Below the pieces are notes generated by a model. It was not told where the DNA came from. It was given only the letters and a program-made list of their open reading frames with translations, and made no database searches. This document shows, piece after piece, positions 10,501 through 23,484 of a stretch of DNA of 64,000 nt (position 1 is the first letter of the stretch; every line of letters begins with the position of its first letter). This DNA is from Chiloscyllium plagiosum (taxonomy: Eukaryota). A program made the position numbers and the translations under genes. The DNA is taken from contig NC_057726.1 of NCBI RefSeq assembly GCF_004010195.1, positions 68,855,155 through 68,919,154 of the forward strand, written 5' to 3'.

Positions 10501-13500
10501 AGAAAAGATGTGAGGCCATTTTTTTTCAACACCGAGTGGTTCGTGTGTGCAATGAAGTGATGGATGCGCATACAGTTACAATGTTGAAAAGTCAATTTTC
10601 GATAAGTACATTAATGAGACGGACATGGGCCCAGTGCAGTCAGGTGGGACTAGTTAAGTTTTTGGAATTACGTCCAACATGGATTGTAGGTTCTGTTTCT
10701 GTGCTGTATGACTCTAAACAGAAGAGTCTCATACTGGATCCATTCTTGTAAATAACGTTGGCACTGTCTCCAATGCGTTCAATATAATGTGGCATCCATA
10801 ACTATACACCATACTTCCGCTGAGGTCAAACAAATGTCTTGAACAAGTTCAGTATCCCTTTCTTGCTCTTGTACTCTATGCCCCATTAATAAAGCTGAGA
10901 ACATTGTTAGATTTATTAATTTCTCTCTCTTTTTCTCTCCACGTGTTCTGCCATCTTCAATGATTTGTGTAGGTTATGTGTTATGTTTTAATTACACTCC
11001 TATAAAGTGCCCTGCATCATTTTACATACTAAAGGCTCTATATGTGGATGAAAATTGTTGTACGATTCCAATTGTCCAGCAAACTACGTGGGCAGGTTAA
11101 CGGAAAGACAGTATTCGATGCTGAGATTGACATTTTTAATCAGTACGTGAATCAATAGGTATTGGGGGGAAGACAGAAAAGTGGTGCTCAGGATTATCAG
11201 ATGAGCCACAAACTCATCAAATAGTAGATCAGTTTTAATGGGTTGAGTGGTCTACTTTGGCCCCTAAGACTGATGGTCTTATGGATGATAAATGTCGGCC
11301 GTGCCAGTGGGGCCTTCATCCCAATGCTGAGTGACTCATAGAACATCATTTCCACACCAATTTACTTTGTTATGGACCAGATCAAACCTCTAAGGAGACA
11401 ACCTAGACCCTCCCTTTTTTCCTTGTTTTAAATGTGTAGGTGTTACACTCCAGATGCAAATTGATCAGTCAAACTACTCAACTTTAAGCAGAACGCACTT
11501 TATTTTTGCACTTCAGTTAAAACGTAGAAAAACAAAAACAAAATTAAAAAAAAGTTTGGCTTACCAAAATATTTATTAACTACTACTAATTAACTGTTCC
11601 AATATAGCAACATTGCATGACCACACCCTTGGCAAAGGCAAATTCAGTAAAATAGATTGTCTCACATGCAGTTTGAGCAGCAACAAAAGGCCCCAGCTTT
11701 TAGCTGGAACAGACAGAGGAATAGGAGCTTCCACGTCCAGTTTTAAGACCCGAGCAACTGCTGAAAGTTAAAACTAAACTCCTGCTTCTGTGGGAGCTTG
11801 ACCCCACCCTTTCAGGCTGCTTCTATTGCTCCAACTTTAAAATAAAGCCCAGAGTTGTTTACTTTATTGGCTTTGAGCAGGTTGCTCAGTACCTCTGCCT
11901 CAACCTTTCTTCATTTTTAAAAAAAAGGACAAAATTAGTTCTTGAAGCCACACCCCCATAAACCTCCCTATGCCTTCCTACCCATCTCAGCCATTGCCTC
12001 TTCCTTCACTGCCATCACTCTCCCTTTTGCACCCCAAAATCTCCCTCATGCACCCCAACATCTGCCTTACTCTCCTCATCCCTCCTGCTGGCTTTGAGCT
12101 GATAAACTGGATGTCTGTTTGACTGTCAAAAGGTCGATCAGATGTATGTTCCCTCGGCTTCCTGCCCTGGAGTCTGACCAGCTGGAACTTTTCATTGCTA
12201 CGCGTCTCCTCGATTCCTGCTTCTGCTGGTAATGGAACCAATGTACAATGTGGTTTCGAATCAAGTTTTCTTTGTTCATGGGATGTCAGCATTATTGTCC
12301 CAGCCCTAATTGCCAGGGAGCAGTTGAGAGGCAACCATACTGTTGTGGGTCTGAAGTCACATGTAAATCAGACCAGGTAGGGATGGCAGATTTCCTTCCC
12401 AGATAGTTTTTGCAACAATTGACAACAGCCCCATTGTTCCAGCTGTTTATTTGTATTTATAAAATTGAATTTAAATTCCATCTGCCAAGGTGAGTTTTGA
12501 ACCTGTGAACTCAGGGTATTAGTCTGGGTCTCTGGACTACTAGTCCAAAAGCATTAGCGCTATGCAACCACCGCCACCACCTAAATGAATTGCTTGGTGT
12601 GATTAAAACACAAAAACTCTGCACAAGCCCACATTGCTGTTAATCTGTCATTATATGGTGTCACTGAAAAGAGTTTTTTGCTTTGGAAGTTTTGAAACTT
12701 GTTTCACCTCCCGGTCTTCAATCAATGGAGTGGACAAGCAAGCCACAATCTTAATCTGTTGTCTCGTGTGGATCATACAAAGTGAGTTCACAACTGTTAA
12801 TCTGCTGTTTTGAACCAGGGAATGGACCCTCTGCCATTTGTCTCTCCTACCTCTTGTCTGGATATCGGCCTTACTTCAAAGAATCCTCAATCCATCCCAA
12901 TCCCATTCTTCAACGAAAATTGGAGCAGAATCTGGGTATCTCCATCATTGAACAGGTATCATTTCACAGAACTGTGGAGCAAATGTCAGCAAATCTCTCA
13001 GTCTTGTTCTTCTTTTTTGACTGTGTTTTGAACTTGACGTCTCCCGAATTAGATTTCACGTGATGGGTTGATACACAGATGGACAGAGTTAAAAATCACA
13101 CAACACCACACCCCAGTCCAACACCGGCATCTCCAAATCATGACAGATGGACAGAATGTGACTCGTGGAGTCCTGAGGGATCTAAGTTGTGGCCTCAACT
13201 CTTCCTTCAGGATGTTGAAGAACTAGATGATGGGATTGAAAGTCTTGCATCCAAATTTCTCAGTGACCCACACATTGGGAGTATTGAATGCCCTATAACG
13301 TTGCAAAGAGATATCAATAGATTAATAAGTGGGATTAGCAAATTGTTTTCAGTATAGGAAATTGTTAGATACCTTCTCAATGGTGAAAAGTGCGACACAG
13401 TGGAACTCCAGAGAGACTGTACATGTTCATATAGAAACAAGTAGTAGAAGGTTGGAACTATCTGCAAAATATAATTAATGATAGATCAATGAGGGGCCCT

Positions 13501-16500
13501 TGTGGCACAATGGTAGTGCCCCTTCCTCTGAGCCAGGAGGCCAGGTTCAAGTCACCTTTCCGCCTGAGGTGTTTAATCACATCCCTGAGCAATTGACACG
13601 GTTTGCTAATTCATCAAACATGACACCTGGGACCTCATGGTGCACACACCCACAGAGTTATCCCATCCTCCGTCCAAGGATGGTATGACACTTTCATAAA
13701 GCTGTGTGGTTGGAGAAGATTCTATTGAGCTCTTCCTCAGTTTGATAAGAAACAGAAGGTGCTTTTGTTTGGGGTCAGCATAATCCTTTCATACCTGAGC
13801 CTACTGGGTCGGCTGGTAATTTAACACCATTTGTTCCAACATCAGGCTTGCCTTCATTGCTTTGAGTATAGTCATGTTGAGGTTGTACAGAACATTGGAG
13901 AGGCCTCTTCTGGTGTTGTGTGTCCAGTTCTGGTTGCCCTGTTGGATGAAGGATTTCATTAAGCTGGAGAGGGTACAGAAGAGACTTTACCAGGATATTG
14001 TTGGGTATGAAAGGTTTGAGTTAGCAAAGGAAAGGCTGGGACTTCCTTCACTGGTGCGTAGGAGGTTGAGAGGTGACTTTCTAGAGGTTTATAAAATCAT
14101 GAGACGTATAGATAAGGTTAATGATGGTGTCTTTTCCCAAGGATGGCGGATTTCAAGAGTAGGGGCATTTTTTAAAGTGAGAGGAGAGAGATTTTTCAAA
14201 TAGTTATGTTTGGCAAAGTTTTTATGCAGAGGGTGGCTCGTGTGTGGAATGAATTTGCTGTGAAGATGGTAGGTGCAGGTACAGTTACAACATTTTAAAA
14301 GGTATTTGGATAAATACATGAATAGGAACGATTTGGAAGGTTGTGGGCCAGGAGCGGGAAGGGGAGACTGGTTTAGTTCGGGATTACGATCGGCATGGAC
14401 TGGTTGGACCGAAGGGTCTGTTTGTGTATGACTCTGTGACTGGTGAACACAATTACTCTTCAGCGCTCATTGCGGAGTTCCTGTCTTTCTGTTCTATTTG
14501 GGGGGTGGGATGGGATGGGATGAATTCAAAGAGGAACACAGGCCAGTGAATCTTTGTCTCGTTGCACAGATGGGGGGAGTATACCTGAATCCAGATATCC
14601 AGGCTTAGGTGGATCAAGGGGAGAAACGTCAGAATAACATTAGGTTTAGTGTTGATAATGAAGAAGGTGATGAGGAAACTCTGGAAGGAAAGGTTAGAGA
14701 CTCTCAGATGGGATATCAGTTATCTGGTGGACTTCCTGTCGAAAGGAATTGGTGATTTTGGAGGTTTATGGGTTGGTCCGTGGATATTCCTTACATTCCT
14801 CTCTGTTCTGCCCTGATCTCGGTAGGATTTGGAATACCTGTCTGAAGGGCTGGAAGGACGATCCCACAATCCCGTAGCTGTCCTGTTCGATTCCCTCCTG
14901 CGTCCCGATGCCGATTTTGGCGTATCCTTGGAATCGGTGCTCACCTGGAGGCGAGAGCCTGACCATCGCATTCCTCACCTGGTCCTGGGCAAGGGGCCAC
15001 TGGGAGGGGCTTGGCATGTAAGTATGGAAGACAACTGATAAAGCCCATTCATAATTATATTGCTTACCAAACCTCTCTATCCGTAGGCCTGTGTTTTTAC
15101 CAGCAAAATAAAGTTGTGTTGATATAACATTTTATCACGCCCTGTGTATAAATTACAACATGGAAAAAGGCCATGTCAGAGCTAACTCTCCGTGTAAGCA
15201 CAGATCCCAATCATGCTTACTCAGCTTATTCCCATTTCCTTTCAGTGTATCCTCATTCTCTTCACCCCTATATATTTGTATGTTCAACATAGCTGGACGG
15301 CTGGTTTGCAATGTAGACTGATGCCAACAATATAGATTCAATTCACGCATCAATTGAGGTTACGATCAAGTTACCTCGTCCTCAACCTCTCCTGTTGTCT
15401 GAGGTGTGCTGACCCTCAGGTTAAACCACCACCAGTCATCTTTCTCTGGTGAGTGAGTAACCCTATCATGACATTATTGCCATAGCTTGTGTCTTGCTCC
15501 ATAAAACCTGAAGAGAATTTCCCATCCATCACATCTCTCAATGTGAAAAATGTTCTTTTGTTTTCTGTTTTAAATCACTTTCATTTAATTTTGTGAATAT
15601 TAGTTACTGGAAACAAGCCACTTCTTTGCATTTCACCTCATCCTTCTGTAACTTGTAGCCCATTATGCTTTATTGTCCCATAATGTGAATTTTCAAATCT
15701 AGGACAGAACTAGAGAGGCACAGATGTGTAAAGTAGGAACAGGAGTAGGCCGTTCAGCCCTTTGAGCCTGCCCTCATTCAATACACTCATGGCTGATCCT
15801 TCAACTCTGTCGTCAGTTCCCACTTTAATCCCGTAATCTTTGATCCCGTTAGCCCTAAGAACTATATCTATCTGTGGGAGAGGCCTGCTTGGAGCATCTG
15901 GGCGGCACGGTGGCACAGTGGTTAGCACTGCTGTCTCACAGCGCCAGAGACCCGGGTTCAATTCCCGCCTCAGGCAACTGACTGTGTGGAGTTTGCACGT
16001 TCTCCCCGTATCTGCGTGGGTTTCCTCCGGGTGCTCCGGTTTCCTCCCACAGTCCAAAGATTTGCAGGTTGTCGGTGTGGACTTGTTGGGCCGAAGGGCC
16101 TGTTTCCACACTGTAATGTAATCTAATCTAATGTAATCTAATCTGTAGGCCGAAGACTTAAGCAAGGACTGTAATATTTGACATTTTAACTTTGCTTCTT
16201 TATTTTTCTATGACTGTGGAAAGAACACTGTAGTGCTGAACTTTTGAACTTATTTCCTTTATTTTCCTACTTTTGTAACTAAGGTATTGAGTTTAGGTAC
16301 TTTGTCCCTAAAATGGTGCTGTGTATGGTGACATTGTGCACTTTTCACTGCACTCCTGTATCCTGTACTTGAGTATATGTGGCAATAAAATCTAAATTTA
16401 ACTCCTTCTTGAAAAATATTTTGTTATTTTGAGATTTCTTCACCCTACAGCAGCGCATTCTCTAAAAGTTCAATTTGCTCATTATAGTGTGAAGCCCAAT

Positions 16501-19500
16501 AGTGCGTACAGCACTCAATAGTCTCTTGGTGTCGTTTTTACTGGGTTAGCAATATTGCTTGATTTTGGCATCCATATGTCTTCTGGTAAAATGGAGGATT
16601 CTAGTGGGCTCTTTGCCAACATGATCAACCTGATCTGCCATCACTGGTCTAGAGTCATTGAGATGTACAACATGGAAACAGACCCTTCGGTCCAACACAT
16701 CCATGCCGACCAGATATCCGAAGTTAATCCAGTCCCATTTACCAGCATTTGATCCATATCTCTCTAAACCCTTCCTGTTCATAAACCCATCCAGATACCT
16801 TTTAAATGCTGTAATTGTATCAGCTCCACCACTTCCTCTAGCAGTTTATTCCATACATGCACCACCCTCTGTGTGGAAAAAGTTGCCCCTCGGGTGCTTT
16901 TATATCTTCCCCACCTCCTGCTTCCCCCTACCCACCTTAAACCCGTGCTCTCTAGTTTTGGACTCCCTTACCCTGGGGAAAAGACCTTGACAATTCACCC
17001 TATCCATGCCCTTCTAAAATGTCACCCTCGATGTTCCAGGGTAAATAGCCTCAGCCTGTTCAGCCTCTCCCTATAGCTCAATTCCTCCAACCCTGGCAAC
17101 ATCCGTGAAAATCTTTTCTGAATCCTATCAATTTTCACAATATTTTTCCAATAGCAGCCCTGGGAACCCAGACCCTGAATCCGTCTGCTATTCCTTCAGC
17201 TCCGGACGTTCTCCACAGACACCAGGAAGTGGTTCAGGGGATGTGAATGAAAGTTTCCCAGACGGATTCTGGTCCAATCAGGATAGTGATAGACGGTACT
17301 CAGGGATGTGCTGCAGCCTTGAGAGCGGTTTGGGAGGTTGCAGAGTGAGGAGTCATCAGCAGGACAAGGTTAGATTGCAGTCCGGGAGAGAGGTGCCGAG
17401 CACTGGGAGGTTAGGATAACTGGATAGGGGAAATCTTCCTCCTCAGGTGCAGTGCTAAACCTGGTTGTTCCTCCCTTCTCCCTTCAGCTGCAGGGATTCT
17501 GGAGTCTTCGATAACAAATCCAGGACCATTCAGTCGTGACTGACTCTCTCATCATACAATTAAATAGCAGACCCACCCGTTTTTAAAGTAGTCGTCGGTG
17601 TTTGAAGTCAGATGGATCAGGTTTCGGATTTTTGGGCATGACATAAAAGATATTGGGGCTTAAGCAGGAACAAACTCTTAGGCAAGTGGGTGGCACGGTG
17701 GCTCAGTGGTTAACACTACTGCCTCACAGCGCCAGGGTCCCAGGTTCAATTCCAGCCTCGAGTGACTGTCTGTGTGGAGTTTGCACATTCTCCCCATGTC
17801 TGCATGGGTTTCCTTCGGCTGCTCCGGTTTCCTCCCACAGTCCAAAGATGTGCAGGTCAGGTAAATTGGCCATGTTAAGTTGCCCATAGTGTTAGGTGCC
17901 CTAGTCAGAGGGAAATGGGTCTGGGTGGGTTACTGTTCAGAGGGCCGGTGTGGACCTGTTGGGCCGAAGGGCCTGTTTCCATACTGTAGGGAATCAAATC
18001 TAATCAGAATCTAATCAAAGCTTGAACCTCTGACCTCGGGGAAAGGAAAGCAAGTGACAGAGCAGCCGATCTTAACCTTAGTTGCAAAGATGTTCAAGAA
18101 CAGCTTTCATTTCTTGTTGGAGGTGAGGGTGGAGGAGACAGGATGCAGAGCTTTACGAAGGCGGATTGCACTCAGTGTGTTGGTGGGGAGACGGTATGTC
18201 TGATGAAGGGCTTTTGCCCGAAACATTGATTTTCCTGCTCCTCGGATGCTGCCTGACCTGCTGTGCTTTTCCAGCACCACTCTAATCTTGACTCTGATCT
18301 CCAGCATCTGCAGTCCTCACTTTCGCCTGGGAGACAGGGTGCGTTTTGTGTTCAAGGGTGATTGCCCGCTGGTGGAACAGTTATGTTGCCGTATTCAGTG
18401 ACTCCACACTGGGTGAGGTTGAAGTGCCTTTACTGACTGTGTGAACAAGCTCCTGGCTGCCGTTGAGGACTAACGTTGCCTCCATTCTTCTGCCCTCTTT
18501 CCCTGACAGTCGATCGAGGGATCCATGTTCACCCTCAGTCTCGGTGACTGGATGGAGCTTCCTGACCTTCCCTTCAGGGACTGGATGAGACTCAAGCGAA
18601 GGTAATCCTGGCTAATGATAGAAAAGCCATCTGACACCAACTTGCGGGGCTGTGTTTGGTCTCTTCATTTAGTTCCACACAACCCCTCCCCTCCCCAACT
18701 CCCCGCCATCCCATTCTCCCTGCTCACTCCAATGGAGAAGACTGGGCTGGTGATTAATGGCCTTGAACAGCACCATTTTCTACCAGGGATTGTGCTTCTC
18801 AGAGTATAGTGGGCATGGTTAATGTTTAATTGTACACAGGTCCCCATACACAATGCTTAAGAGCAGAAACAGGCCACTTGACCCTTTAAACCTGTGCACC
18901 ATTCATTAAAGTCATGGTTGATCTATTTGTGTTCAAATTCCACGTTCCCACCTATCCTCAAAATTTTTTGATTCTCCTTCTCTAAGAAGAATCGAACCAC
19001 CGAAATCTTAAAAATAAAAATTCAGCCCTCTGAGAGAAATATTTTTCCTCATCTCTGTCCTTGAAGGCAGGCCCTTATTTTAAAACAGTGCCACCTAGTT
19101 TTGGACTTACCCTGAAGAGGAAACCTCCTTTTTATTATAGCCCTGTTAAGGATCTTGTATATCTCCATCTAGCCTTGCTGTACTCTTTAAAATTCCAGTG
19201 GAAACTGTCCGATCTGCTCATAGAATCCCCTACAGTGTAGACGCAGACCATTCGGCCCATCAAGTCCACACCAACCGTCTGAAGAGCCCCCTGCCCAGAC
19301 CAACCCCCCATTCTCCTTGTAACCTTGCATTTCCCATGGCTGATCAACTCCTACATATCCTTAGACACTTCAGGCAATTTAGCATGGCTAATCCACCTAA
19401 CCTGCACATCCTTGAACTGTGGGAGGAAACTGGAGAAACCCTCGCAGATACAGGGAGAATGTGCAAACGCCACACAGGCAGTCACCTGAATTGAACCCGG

Positions 19501-21972
19501 ATCCGTGGCACCGAGGCTCACCACTGAGTCACTGCACTGCCTCAGGTATTGCTCATTCCGGGTGTCAATGTAATAAACCTGATCCACCTCCAATGCGCTT
19601 ACATCCTTTCTTCAATAAGGAGACCAAAACTGGGCACAATAATTGAGATGTGGTCTCACCAATGCTTTCTATATTCATAATGTTCAAGTCCTCTCATGAT
19701 TAAAGGACAGTAACCCATTGGTCTTTCTGATTATTTGCGATAACTGCATGCTCACTCCATCGTGAGCACGGTCCCTTCGACCTGTATGTTAATGTGCGTC
19801 TCAACGTTCTGGTCTATACATTTCACAGTTGAGCACTGGGGAAGCTTGCAAGCTTACTCTTCCTTCAAGATGGAAAATGGGATATTTACTTGGGATGTAG
19901 GCATCATTGGCTGGGCTTTGCTTAACAGAGACATCAGTGACTGAGAGAGCGCAGATTTAAAGTATTTGGGAGATGAGAAAACGTTCCTTAATTTCACCCG
20001 GAGGTGAACTAGGGTCTGGAACTCTCTGCCTGAATGGTGATAGATTGGGAAAGGGGGAAATGCAATGAAACCTGGGTGTCCTTGTGCACTAGTCGCTGAA
20101 AGTACGCAAGCATGCAGGTACAGCAGGCAGTGGGGAAAGTAAACGGTGTGTTGGCCTTCAGAGTGCGAGGATTTGAGTACAGGAGCAGGGATGTCTTGCT
20201 TCAATTGTGCAGGGCTTTGGTGATACCACACCTGGCTTATTGAGTACAGTTTTGGCCTCATTCTCTAAGGAAGGATGTTCTGGCTGTAGAGGGAGTGCAA
20301 CAAAGATTTACCAGATCGATTTCTGAGATGACAGGGTTGACGTATGAGGAGAGACAGGATTGGTTAGGACTTTAATTTACTGCAGTTCACAAGAATCAGG
20401 GTGTTCTCATAGAAACCTCTAAATTTTGACACCACTAAACCGTTTAGATGTAGGAAGGATAATAGACAATAGGTGCAGGAGTAGGCCATTCTGCCCTTCG
20501 AGCCTGCACCACCATTCAATCTGATCATGGCTGATCATCCTTAATCAGTATCCTGTTCCTGCCTTATCTCCATAACCCTTGATTCCACTATCCTTGAGAG
20601 CTTTATCCAACTCTTTCTTAAATGAATCCAGAGACTGGGCCTCCACTGCCCTCTGGGGCAGAGCATTCCACACAGCCACCACTCTCTGGGTGAAGAAGTT
20701 TCTCCTCATCTCTTTCCTAAATGGTCTACCGTATTTTTAAGCTGTGTCCTCTGGTTCGGCACTCACCCATCAGCGGAAACATGTTTCCTGCCTCCAGAGT
20801 ATACAATCCTTTAATAATCTTATGTTCCTGTTAGTCTGGGTGTAGGGCTTGTCTACATTGGTTGCTGTACTGTCTGTCTGTCTCTCGCTCCCTCTCTCAC
20901 ACACGTGCGTCAGGGTCTCTGACTGTGTTTGTAATTGACTTCCAGGTGCCTGCGGAATGACCGTGCCATGACATCCGATATCGCCAGCTATTACCAGCAC
21001 TATGCCAGGGTCAAGGGACTGCAGGAGCACTTTGCATGTGGTACCGTTGTGACTTCAGTGAGGAGGGTTAGTCTGGATTCTAGTGCAGAAAGCCAGGTCA
21101 ATGTGAGCGCAGATAGTCCAGCAGGAGCTCGGGTCTTCAGGCACTCCACCAGCACAAGCCTCTTTGAGGTGATCGGTTCCAGCAAATCCGAGGACGGCTC
21201 AGAAAAGGCTTTCCGCATCTTCGCAGAGAAGGTTGTCTTGGCAACGGGCATGTATGACAGCCCTGCTTGGCTTGGCGTTGATGGTGAAGATCTTCCGTTT
21301 GTTCACCACACGACTTCAGAACTCGACCGAACCCTCAAGGAGCGGGAGACAGGACTGAACTCTGACCCCATTCTGATCATCGGAGGCGGCCTAACCGCCG
21401 CAGACGCTATCATCGCCGCTCACCATGGCAACGTCTCGGTGATCCATGTCTTCCGCAGAGGGGTCAATGACCCAGGGCTGATCTTCAACCAGCTTCCCAA
21501 AGTCATGTACCCAGAGTATCACAAAGTCCACCAGATGATGATCCAACAGTCCTGCACCACCACAGGACCCTACGAAGGGTATCTCAGTCTCCCCAAACAC
21601 CGTATGCTGGCTTTCACCCCAGACAGAAAGTGCATCATTGAGGATCTGATGTCAGCAGAGAAGAAGGTGTTCAATGTCTCCATGGCCTTCATTCTGATTG
21701 GCTCAAATCCTAACTTGACCTTGCTGCCTGATTGCGGAAGGTCACTGGCAATCAACCCGGAGCTCGCTGTTAACAGCAAACGTAACCCCCTTGACGTGGA
21801 TTGCTACACTTATGAGTGTGTGCAGGAACGGGGACTCTATGCCCTGGGCCCGCTGGTGGGAGATCACTTTGTACGTTTTCTGCAAGGAGGGGCTCTGGCT
21901 GTGGCGAGGTCTCTCCTTAAGGAGCGTCAGGGTGCCCAGTTTCAAACTGACAGGCAGCTTTTGATCAGCTGA
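4517..21972 (+). CDS. OSGIN1: OSGIN-family (oxidative stress-induced growth inhibitor 1-like) FAD/NAD(P)H oxidoreductase; join(4517..4577,12819..12955,14826..15017,18510..18601,20946..21972), 1509 nt, 502 aa
   Basis: Five exons splice in frame with GT-AG introns (phases 1,0,0,2). Motifs VVIGNGPSAICLSYLLSG, DLEYLSEGLEGRS, GGAWHSIEGSM, VVLATG, IIGGGLTAAD, FNQLPKVMYPEYHKVHQMM and GPLVGDHFVRFLQGG match the OSGIN family as recalled. SIEGSM and LLRPD favour OSGIN1 over OSGIN2. Confidence 0.88.
4750..4954 (+). mobile_element. Fold-back Penelope-derived short element
   Basis: About 85-bp inverted arms; 14-bp TSD CTCTTAGCTACCAG (4736-4749 / 4955-4968). Confidence 0.85.
5395..7205 (+). mobile_element. 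5'-truncated CR1/HER1-like LINE (ORF2 RT, disrupted)
   Basis: KSPGPD, YRP..LTS, QHGF..KSCLTNL, GVPQ.SVLGP, FADDTKIG and the C-terminal region, with stops and frameshifts. Confidence 0.95.
7265..7915 (-). mobile_element. CR1 LINE 3' fragment, tail-to-tail with the preceding copy
   Basis: WNELPKDVVEAG on - plus 3' UTR. Confidence 0.85.
8031..8283 (+). mobile_element. Young CR1 3' end with (TTCTATG)n tail
   Basis: Near-identical to 51395-51645; flanked by an ATGGTGC direct repeat. Confidence 0.85.
8950..9250 (+). mobile_element. HE1-like SINE
   Basis: GGTTCGATTCC B-box and V-domain. Confidence 0.8.
10185..10715 (+). mobile_element. CR1 3' fragment nested in an older minus-strand CR1 (~9800-10970)
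   Basis: Degenerate ERVQKS..RML / RVVRV peptides; the flanks read as RGDLVEVFNII...ETRTRGH on -. Confidence 0.75.
11368..11962 (-). mobile_element. Possible solo LTR
   Basis: Starts TGTTATGG and ends CCATAA (inverted termini); about 600 bp; minus-strand AATAAA; no coding remnants. Confidence 0.3.
12819..12955 (+). CDS. OSGIN1: OSGIN1-like coding exon 2 (GNGPSAICLSYLLSG...ISIIEQ)
   Basis: CCAG| acceptor, CAG|GTATC donor, 137 nt; lies in ORF 12782..13063. Confidence 0.92.
13865..14440 (+). mobile_element. CR1 3' fragment
   Basis: LRLYRTLERPLL..CVQFW..KLERVQKR. Confidence 0.85.
14826..15017 (+). CDS. OSGIN1: OSGIN1-like coding exon 3 (DLEYLSEGLEGRS...GGAWH)
   Basis: Pyrimidine tract + TAG| acceptor; CAT|GTAAGT donor; 192 nt. 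Confidence 0.93.
15901..16143 (+). mobile_element. HE1-like SINE, internally deleted, TAATC-repeat tail
   Basis: GGCGGCACGGTGGCACAGTGGTTAGCAC head, GGTTCAATTCCC B-box, V-domain. Confidence 0.9.
16650..17150 (-). mobile_element. CR1 3' fragment
   Basis: Reverse complement of the CR1 tail at 500-745. Confidence 0.85.
17688..18015 (+). mobile_element. HE1-like SINE, full length
   Basis: tRNA head, V-domain and tail. Confidence 0.9.
18200..18328 (+). mobile_element. Short Penelope-derived hammerhead element in OSGIN1 intron 3
   Basis: CTGATGA-AGGGC-TTTT-GCCC-GAAACATT followed by the family 3' body. Confidence 0.82.
18510..18601 (+). CDS. OSGIN1: OSGIN1-like coding exon 4 (SIEGSMFTLSLGDWMELPDLPFRDWMRLKR)
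   Basis: Not in the ORF track; read manually. CCCTGACAG| acceptor, AAG|GTAATC donor, 92 nt. Confidence 0.92.
19218..19545 (-). mobile_element. HE1-like SINE
   Basis: Diverged reverse complement of the SINE at 17688. Confidence 0.82.
20035..20830. mobile_element. CR1 RT fragment (+, ~20035-20460) followed by a young CR1 3' end (-, ~20461-20830)
   Basis: Degenerate ALVIPHL..QFW/QRFTR on +; AGGAGTAGGCCATTC tail on -. Confidence 0.75.
20946..21972 (+). CDS. OSGIN1: OSGIN1-like terminal coding exon
   Basis: TTCCAG| acceptor; ORF 20935..21972 with second Rossmann motif IIGGGLTAAD and C-terminal GPLVGD motif; TGA stop. Confidence 0.95.
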
Positions 21973-22693
21973 CATTGTGGTGTTGGCACAGAAGCTGTGC
22001 GTGCGGGTAAATTGTTGAGGTCAGTGTAGGTAGGGTCACCATTCAGAAGCATCTTTTCATGTTCCCCATGTTTATAGTGCCTTCCAGACCATGAGCACAA
22101 GGCTCAAACTGCCTCGGCATCCAGGCTGGCATGACGCTATGCTCTGTTCAAGGAGGACTGAGGCCAAGACGGAGAACTCAGCTACCGAGTGAGCACCACG
22201 TGCCAGGCTAAGGGGGTAGCCTTGGCATCAAGTCAGCCTCTATCACTGTTGCTGAGCAAATCCATTTCAGGTTTGAAACTCAGTAAAACTCAATATTTAA
22301 GGGCATTTTCAACTCTCTCACACTCCCGGGAGAGGTTATGAACCAGGAAGAATAAACAGAAGTCCATCCCTGCATTTCTGGTTAGCTATATCCAAGATGG
22401 ACACCCTAGATGTGGCATACCAACGTCAGGGGACTCCCACAGCACGTAGCCTGGGGAGGTGCCCAGGGCATTCCAGACATAACTTATAGAATCCCAGAGG
22501 ACACTGTGGGATGCCGGGGCCACACAGAGATACTGCAGACTTGTTGTGTGTTATCAACTCTAGGACTGATGCAGTACCACAAGTCAATGATCTAACTTGA
22601 ATTCTTATACTCTGACTCAGATGTAATGCAAGTTAATTATGGCAAATAACTTCTTTTTTCTAAAACCTACAGTTTGTAAAGATTAAATATTTT

Positions 22694-22699
22694 AATAAA
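22694..22699 (+). promoter_or_regulatory. Candidate polyadenylation signal of the OSGIN1-like gene (alternative AATAAA at 22351-22356)
   Basis: AATAAA in AT-rich sequence about 720 nt after the stop, followed by T-rich sequence. Confidence 0.5.
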
Positions 22700-22974
22700 A
22701 TGGTATTTTATAATGCAACCCACAGTCTTATCATTTTTGTGAAAAATGTGACCTTGAGATTGGTAAGAAACACAGCTGTTGAATTTTCTGTCTCAGAAGA
22801 AAAAGGTAATATAAAACTGACACCATTCAGCTATTAACTGCCTCCTGCTTTCAATCCCATTGAAGTAAATGGGAGATGTGACTTTTAGCTGGTCAACTTG
22901 TGTCATGTCTTCTTACAGTATTGTTCGATAACACACCCAACTTGCAAGTGTGTCGGTGCTAGCAAGTGAAATAC

Positions 22975-23215
22975 TTTACAGGCACAGTATGGGCATGATA
23001 TATCTCCTCATCAAATACTCCCCAGGGCAGGTACAGCATGGGGTTAGAAATAGAGTATAACCAACCCCTCTCCACTCTCTCGCATCAAACAGTTCCAGGG
23101 CAGGTACAGTATGGGGTCTAACACAGTGTAAAACTGCTTCTACTGTCTTACGCTGAAAATAAAGTTCCCTAGACACTGATCCTATCAAACACTTCCTGGA
23201 GTGGGGGCAGGCAGA
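22975..23215. repeat. Degenerate tandem repeat (CATCAAACA..CCAGGGCAGGTACAG..GGGGTTAG), ~3 copies
   Basis: Unit starts recur near 23009, 23083 and 23183. Confidence 0.55.
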
Positions 23216-23484
23216 AGCGAGTGAGAAACACAGTAACATTTAAGAAGGTTTCCTGGTAGACCTCAAGTTGTACATTCAAGGAAAGTTAACAAAGGAATGG
23301 GGACCACTGAAGTATCAGCCAGATAAATCAGGCAATAACAGAGGTGTTGAATTAATCCTCTGCAACATTTTTACTCAATAAGTTCAGAAAATAATCTTTA
23401 ATAATAATTGACAGGCCAGAAAGTCTTTTCCAAAAAAAATGCAACCCACTAAGTAGCCCAACTAAAATATATTAAATCTCTCTG

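Noticed and set aside
15901-15975. tRNA gene (A and B boxes present)
   Set aside because: It is a SINE head that continues into the V-domain and LINE tail; the same applies to the other copies.
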